Origin: Archaeoglobus sp. JdFR-37 | Lineage (GTDB): Archaea; Halobacteriota; Archaeoglobi; Archaeoglobales; Archaeoglobaceae | Assembly: GCA_002010215.1 (NCBI GenBank) | Contig: MTMY01000044.1 | Span: 1 to 42,499 of the forward strand | DNA: 42,499 nucleotides | Direction of reading: 5' to 3' | Shown: piece by piece, positions 37,996 through 42,499 of the stretch | How positions within the stretch are numbered: position 1 is the first letter of the stretch | Layout: each line of letters begins with the position of its first letter | Notes under the pieces: model-generated | What the model was told of the DNA's origin: nothing | What the model saw: only the letters and a program-made list of their open reading frames with translations | Database searches by the model: none | Made by a program: the position numbers and the translations under genes

Positions 37996-38691
37996 ATGAA
38001 GGCTTTACTTGAGGTTGAAAATGTAAGCAAAAAGTTCGGTGAGTTAGTGGCACTGGAAAATATAAGCTTCCAAGTAACTGACAAAGAATGCATGGGTATA
38101 ATAGGTCCTAATGGTGCCGGTAAAACCACATTATTTAATATAATCTCTGGAAACATGAAGCCCACTTTTGGTAACATCAAATTCATGAAAAAGGATATCA
38201 CAGGGAAAAAGCCCAGTCAGCTCGTCAAAATGGGTCTTGTAAGAACATTTCAGCTCATAAAGGCATTCAAAAATATGACTGTGGAGGAGAACTTCCAGGC
38301 AGTGGGGGAAGACTACGAAGAGGTGATGAGGGACTTGGGGCTTTGGGAAAAGCGGGCAATGTTTGCCAAAAACTTATCCCAGGGAGAACTTAGAAAGCTG
38401 AATATTGGGCTTGCACTGGTTACAAATCCCAAGCTTCTACTTCTGGATGAGCCTTTTTCCGGTTTGAGTCCGTCAGAATGCGCTGAACTCCATTCGGTTA
38501 TCGACCAACTCAGGGAAAGGGGTGTAACAATGGTGATAATAGAACACAAGCTAAAGGAGCTCTTCAATCACGCAGAGCGGGTAATAGTCCTGAATTACGG
38601 ACACATCCTTTGTGAAGGAACACCAGAGGAGATAGTTAGAGACATAAGAGTCATAGAGGCCTATTTGGGGGTCGGCTATGAAGTTGCTTGA
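37996..38691 (+). CDS. livG: ABC ATP-binding subunit
   Basis: GPNGAGKTT, VRTFQ, LLLDEP, IEH, YLG. Confidence 0.88.
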   Translation: MKALLEVENVSKKFGELVALENISFQVTDKECMGIIGPNGAGKTTLFNIISGNMKPTFGNIKFMKKDITGKKPSQLVKMGLVRTFQLIKAFKNMTVEENFQAVGEDYEEVMRDLGLWEKRAMFAKNLSQGELRKLNIGLALVTNPKLLLLDEPFSGLSPSECAELHSVIDQLRERGVTMVIIEHKLKELFNHAERVIVLNYGHILCEGTPEEIVRDIRVIEAYLGVGYEVA

Positions 38692-39367
38692 AGTGGAAGG
38701 CCTGAAGGCCTACTACGGCAGAGCGAGGATACTGCACGGTGTCAGCCTTCATGTGGATGAAGGGGAAACCTTAGCAGTTCTTGGCCCCAATGGGGCTGGA
38801 AAGACGACGCTGCTGAACTCGATTTGTGGTCTGGTAACTACGGAGGGGGAAATAAAATTTAAAGGTCAACCCCTTGACGGTCTGAAAACCCATGAGAGAA
38901 TAAGAAAGGGTATTGGAATCTGTCCAGAGGGCAGAAAACTTTTCCCAAACATGACGGTCGAAGATAATCTGAAGCTTGGAGCTCCAAGCGAAGATTGCGA
39001 AGACGAGCTCAGGCTTATTTATGACCTCTTCCCCAGAATTAAAGAGCTGAAAAACCAGATTGTTAAGAACATGAGCGGCGGAGAGCAGCAGATGGTGGCA
39101 ATCGGCAGAGCTTTGATGGCAAGACCAAAACTCCTATTACTTGATGAACCCTCAATGGGTCTCGCTCCCATAGTGCTTGGAAAAATCAGGGAAGCTCTGA
39201 TGAGAATAAAGAACGAAACTGATATCTCAATACTGCTGGTTGAGCAGAATGTACATCTTGCTCTAGAGCTTGCTGATAGGGTAAGTGTTTTGGTTAAAGG
39301 GGAGATTGTTAGAGAAGGAGAGGCGAAGAGCATGACAGATTTGGAGAAGCACTACTTCGAGATTTGA
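38678..39367 (+). CDS. livF: ABC ATP-binding subunit
   Basis: GPNGAGKTT, PEGRKLF, MSGGEQQM, DEPSMGLAP, VEQN. Confidence 0.9.
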   Translation: MKLLEVEGLKAYYGRARILHGVSLHVDEGETLAVLGPNGAGKTTLLNSICGLVTTEGEIKFKGQPLDGLKTHERIRKGIGICPEGRKLFPNMTVEDNLKLGAPSEDCEDELRLIYDLFPRIKELKNQIVKNMSGGEQQMVAIGRALMARPKLLLLDEPSMGLAPIVLGKIREALMRIKNETDISILLVEQNVHLALELADRVSVLVKGEIVREGEAKSMTDLEKHYFEI

Positions 39368-39398
39368 TGAGTATTGAGGAGGTTTGAGGAGGTGTAAC

Positions 39399-39809
39399 AT
39401 GACGGTTGTTTTGAAAGTTAGAGATGTTATGAGCAGAAATGTGACGAAGGTGCCTGAAGATGCCACTGTTCTTGATGCGGCCAAAAAAATGGTTGAAAAG
39501 GGTGTGAAGTGTGCTATTGTTGTTGACAGTGATGACAAAGCTCTGGGAGTCGTCACCGAAGGCTCCATTACCAGAAAGGTGCTGGCTGCTGGTAAAGATG
39601 CATCTGCTGTGAGTGTAAAGGAGATCATGTCCTCACCTGTCCTCACAATCCCGGCAGATGCATCAATAAGAGAAGCCTCAGAACAGCTGCTGACAAAGGG
39701 TGTAAAGCAGCTCTATGTCGAAGATGATGGCGAAATTGTGGGACTCGTCACTGAACACTTAATACTGAAAGCCGTTACAGAAGTTGTTCTGACGCTTATA
39801 TCAATTTGA
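39399..39809 (+). CDS. Stand-alone CBS-pair protein
   Basis: VRDVMS..V, GVVTE, VKEIMSSPV, GLVTE; ATG 39399 after GGAGGTG. Confidence 0.85.
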   Translation: MTVVLKVRDVMSRNVTKVPEDATVLDAAKKMVEKGVKCAIVVDSDDKALGVVTEGSITRKVLAAGKDASAVSVKEIMSSPVLTIPADASIREASEQLLTKGVKQLYVEDDGEIVGLVTEHLILKAVTEVVLTLISI

Positions 39810-39874
39810 GGGTTAGAATTTAACGAAGAATCATTAAATTTTTAAATGCCTGTTTACATTGTAATATCAGGTGA

Positions 39875-40633
39875 TTGAAAATGCGGTTTAAGGGTAAAGT
39901 AGTGCTGGTTACTGGGGCTGCCAGGGGAATTGGAAGGGCTATTGCAGATGCCTTCGCCGGAGAAGGTGCTAAAGTGGTCATCAACGACATAAACGAGGAG
40001 GCTGCTAAAGCTGCAGCGGAGGAGATCAAGAAAGCCGGTGGTGAAGCAATAGGAATCAGGGCAGATGTGACCGACTATGAAAGTGTAAAGAAGATGGTTG
40101 AAGAAATAAAGAACGTTTACGGAACGGTTGATATACTAGTAAATAACGCCGGTTACTGGACCATAAAGCTATTTAAAGATACCGCGCCAGAAGAATGGGA
40201 GAGAGATATCAGAATATGCTACTACGGAACTCTGAACTGCACTCACGCAGTGATTAAGGACATGATTGAGAAGAAATATGGCAGGGTAATCAATATCGTC
40301 AGCGACGCTGGCAGAATTGGGGAGCCCTATCTTGCAGTATATTCTGGGGCTAAAGCCGCCATAGTAGGGTTCAGTAAGGCTCTTGCCAAGGAAGTTGCCA
40401 GATACAACATAACCGTTAACTGCATCGCTGCTGGCGTCACAAAGACTCCGGGAGTTGAGGGATTCCTGAAGAGCGTTGGAGGAGAAGAGAAGCTGATTAA
40501 GGCATATCCAAGGGGCAGGCTAGGTCTGCCTGAGGATATTGCCAATGGTGTCATATTCTTCGCTTCTGACGAATCTGAGTACATAACCGGGCAGATCATA
40601 AGCATAAGTGGAGGATATACTACTGTTGGATGA
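39875..40633 (+). CDS. Short-chain dehydrogenase/reductase (BadH/FabG-like)
   Basis: TGAARGIG, VNNAG, SDAGR, YSGAK. Confidence 0.9.
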   Translation: MKMRFKGKVVLVTGAARGIGRAIADAFAGEGAKVVINDINEEAAKAAAEEIKKAGGEAIGIRADVTDYESVKKMVEEIKNVYGTVDILVNNAGYWTIKLFKDTAPEEWERDIRICYYGTLNCTHAVIKDMIEKKYGRVINIVSDAGRIGEPYLAVYSGAKAAIVGFSKALAKEVARYNITVNCIAAGVTKTPGVEGFLKSVGGEEKLIKAYPRGRLGLPEDIANGVIFFASDESEYITGQIISISGGYTTVG

Positions 40634-41020
40634 TCCCATTGGATGATTCGTTTCCAATATTTTTCAACTTTTAATTTTATCATTTTAATTTATCCGTCGC
40701 TATTTTCAATCCCAGAAATATGGTTGCAACATACTATCTGCTACAGGTATCCCGAAATAAATTCTGTTACTTCAAGAACCGAGAGGTGCCCATAGAGTGG
40801 GTAGCACTTAACTGATTAATTATCACCATACTTTATCAACAAGCCACCATCACTGACTCTTTTTAAACTCAATGGTGAAGCTTCGAGAGAAGTGTAGAGG
40901 GGCTTGTAATCTACGAGAAATGACTCTCTAAAAATGTTAAAATGAGTTAAAGATAAGTTCAGAAAAAACAGCGGATGTCTAGGGTAAATTGTAAATACGG
41001 GAGTCACGAAAATAGAAACA

Positions 41021-42340
41021 ATGATAATTTCCGCTGATCCACAAGATGGTAGGCAAGCTCTGATATCCAAAATCATTGAGAAAGGGAAAAAGATTCCTTC
41101 AAGGTTTGGTACATGCTTTACAACTGGCCCAGAACTTCTGGTAATTGAGAATTCTGAATACATAAGCAGGATAGATGCAAAAGCCTGGGATATTTGCGGT
41201 GAAAGTTATGCTGAGAGGGTTGAACCCCTTTTCAGGCTGGCAGCTGAAAAGCTGAAAGAGGCTCCATTCACGCGAAGGGTATCCATTCCAGTGTGGCGGC
41301 CAAAGGATCATCTCTGCCATACTCCCCCAGCAGTTACTGAAATATCCTTTCTGGTGGTGGATGATAAGCTCCATGTAACTGCTTATGTCAGGAGCCTTGA
41401 CGTGCTGAACTATTTCATGCATACCAGCGATTTTGTGACCTATTGTCAGGAAAGCATTTCCGAGCTCAGCGGGATCGAGGCGGGTAGCTCAGCTTTTCTG
41501 ATAGCCTCACCCCATATTTACGAAAGGGATGAAGCTAGGGCAGAAAAGGAGGTTGGAGAAGAAGAGTATAAGGAAGTCTTTGGAGTTCACGACCTCGCTA
41601 CTCATATAGTGGAGGATTACATGTCTACAGCCTGGCATTCAGCACTGGAGTCAATCTATTACAGTGGAAGGGTGAAGAGGACAGAGTGGGGAGAATTGTT
41701 TGAAGGGCAGGCTGAAAGTAAATTCGTTCACAGAATGTTCATTGAGGTGAGGAACCCTTACGAACACATAATCCACGACAAGGCTCCGTTCACGAAGAAA
41801 TACGGAATAGAGTATGCCCATGACTACGTAATTTATGCGGCGTGCATGGACAGAGAGGTTACTGAAAATATTCTGAAGGAAGGTGAAACCTACACCTACG
41901 CTGAAAGGGCGAGGTACTGTGAGGCTGATGATGTGAAGGTGGATCAGCTTTACACATGCATTGAAAAACTGAAAAAAGACAGATTCAGGAGAGACTGCTA
42001 TGTGGGTATAAGCAGACCCCGTGATATCACCAGCGATGAGCCCCCCTGTCTCAGGGGATACCAGTTTCTGGTTGGCATAAATTCTAATGGTGCTGACACA
42101 AACTCTGACACCAATTCTCTCAACGGAATCTTTTATATGCGATCCAATGACGCTTATGGAGCCATGCATGCCAACATGTTCGCCTTTTCGGTGCTAACAC
42201 AGTATGTTGCAGAGCTTACGAGCTTCAGCCACTACAGATACTTCCATTTCGCCTTGGATGCCCATATCTATGGCGAGTTCCTGGATTCCGTCAAGGAGAT
42301 TCTAGAACCTGAAACTCCGGGATTCTCTGCCAGGCGATAA
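41021..42340 (+). CDS. Thymidylate synthase-family protein with two tandem ThyA-like domains
   Basis: C-half: YTYAER, EPPCL, MRSNDAYGA..N, AHIY; N-half: SYAER, TPPAV, VRSLD, PHIY. Confidence 0.8.
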   Translation: MIISADPQDGRQALISKIIEKGKKIPSRFGTCFTTGPELLVIENSEYISRIDAKAWDICGESYAERVEPLFRLAAEKLKEAPFTRRVSIPVWRPKDHLCHTPPAVTEISFLVVDDKLHVTAYVRSLDVLNYFMHTSDFVTYCQESISELSGIEAGSSAFLIASPHIYERDEARAEKEVGEEEYKEVFGVHDLATHIVEDYMSTAWHSALESIYYSGRVKRTEWGELFEGQAESKFVHRMFIEVRNPYEHIIHDKAPFTKKYGIEYAHDYVIYAACMDREVTENILKEGETYTYAERARYCEADDVKVDQLYTCIEKLKKDRFRRDCYVGISRPRDITSDEPPCLRGYQFLVGINSNGADTNSDTNSLNGIFYMRSNDAYGAMHANMFAFSVLTQYVAELTSFSHYRYFHFALDAHIYGEFLDSVKEILEPETPGFSARR

Positions 42341-42386
42341 TAAAATGGAATAAATCGAATCAATGGGAATCAATCGAAACCAATCT

Positions 42387-42497
42387 TTAAATCCTGAGCT
42401 TCCCAATTATCCTCCTGGCAATAATCATCCTCTGCACCTCACTCGTCCCCTCATATATCGTCCCAACCCTCGCATCTCTGTAATACCTCTCCACATC
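42387..42497 (-). CDS. C-terminus of an acyl-CoA dehydrogenase (truncated by the window edge)
   Basis: Manual translation [36 protein letters not shown]. Confidence 0.9.
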   Translation of the reverse strand, partial: DVERYYRDARVGTIYEGTSEVQRMIIARRIIGKLRI

Positions 42498-42499
42498 GT

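Noticed and set aside
40634..41020. Possible degraded gene or the 115-aa minus-strand ORF (40816-41163)
   Set aside because: No recognisable motif; the ORF overlaps the thymidylate synthase gene in antisense
9345..42169. Numerous short antisense or alternative-frame ORFs in the supplied track
   Set aside because: They lie within well-supported genes and have no motifs or translation signals
42344..42385. Degenerate AATGG/AATCG microrepeat between convergent genes
   Set aside because: Short and imperfect; likely low-complexity terminator-region sequence

Overview
An archaeal chromosomal segment. Gene content and GGAGGTG/TATA signals suggest Archaeoglobales (inference). It has four parts. (1) 1-9180: a multiheme cytochrome island. 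It carries three paralogous secreted c-type cytochromes with 4, 4 and 10 CxxCH motifs (the third contains two fused copies of the 4-heme unit). They resemble archaeal extracellular cytochrome nanowire (ECN) subunits. The island also has a hexaheme cytochrome coupled to a MinD-type ATPase, several surface or membrane proteins and an S26 signal peptidase. (2) 9170-15160: tetrapyrrole genes hemA-hemB-hemL-hemC-cobA, converging on that island. (3) 15220-28371: core genes (NOG1, presenilin homologue, PINA, hisI, cgi121, mtnA, ZPR1 with an apparent ATA start, sepF, PUA, Sm, rpl37e, purF, proC). (4) 28390-42499: an acyl/aryl-CoA catabolic cluster (Liv-type ABC transporter, CoA ligase, a BCR/2-hydroxyacyl-CoA dehydratase-type pair with one activator, an Oah/BamA-like hydrolase, an SDR), followed by a tandem-domain thymidylate synthase and the end of an acyl-CoA dehydrogenase. 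I saw no rRNA, tRNA, CRISPR array or IS element. All family calls come from motif recognition by eye; no database search was run.
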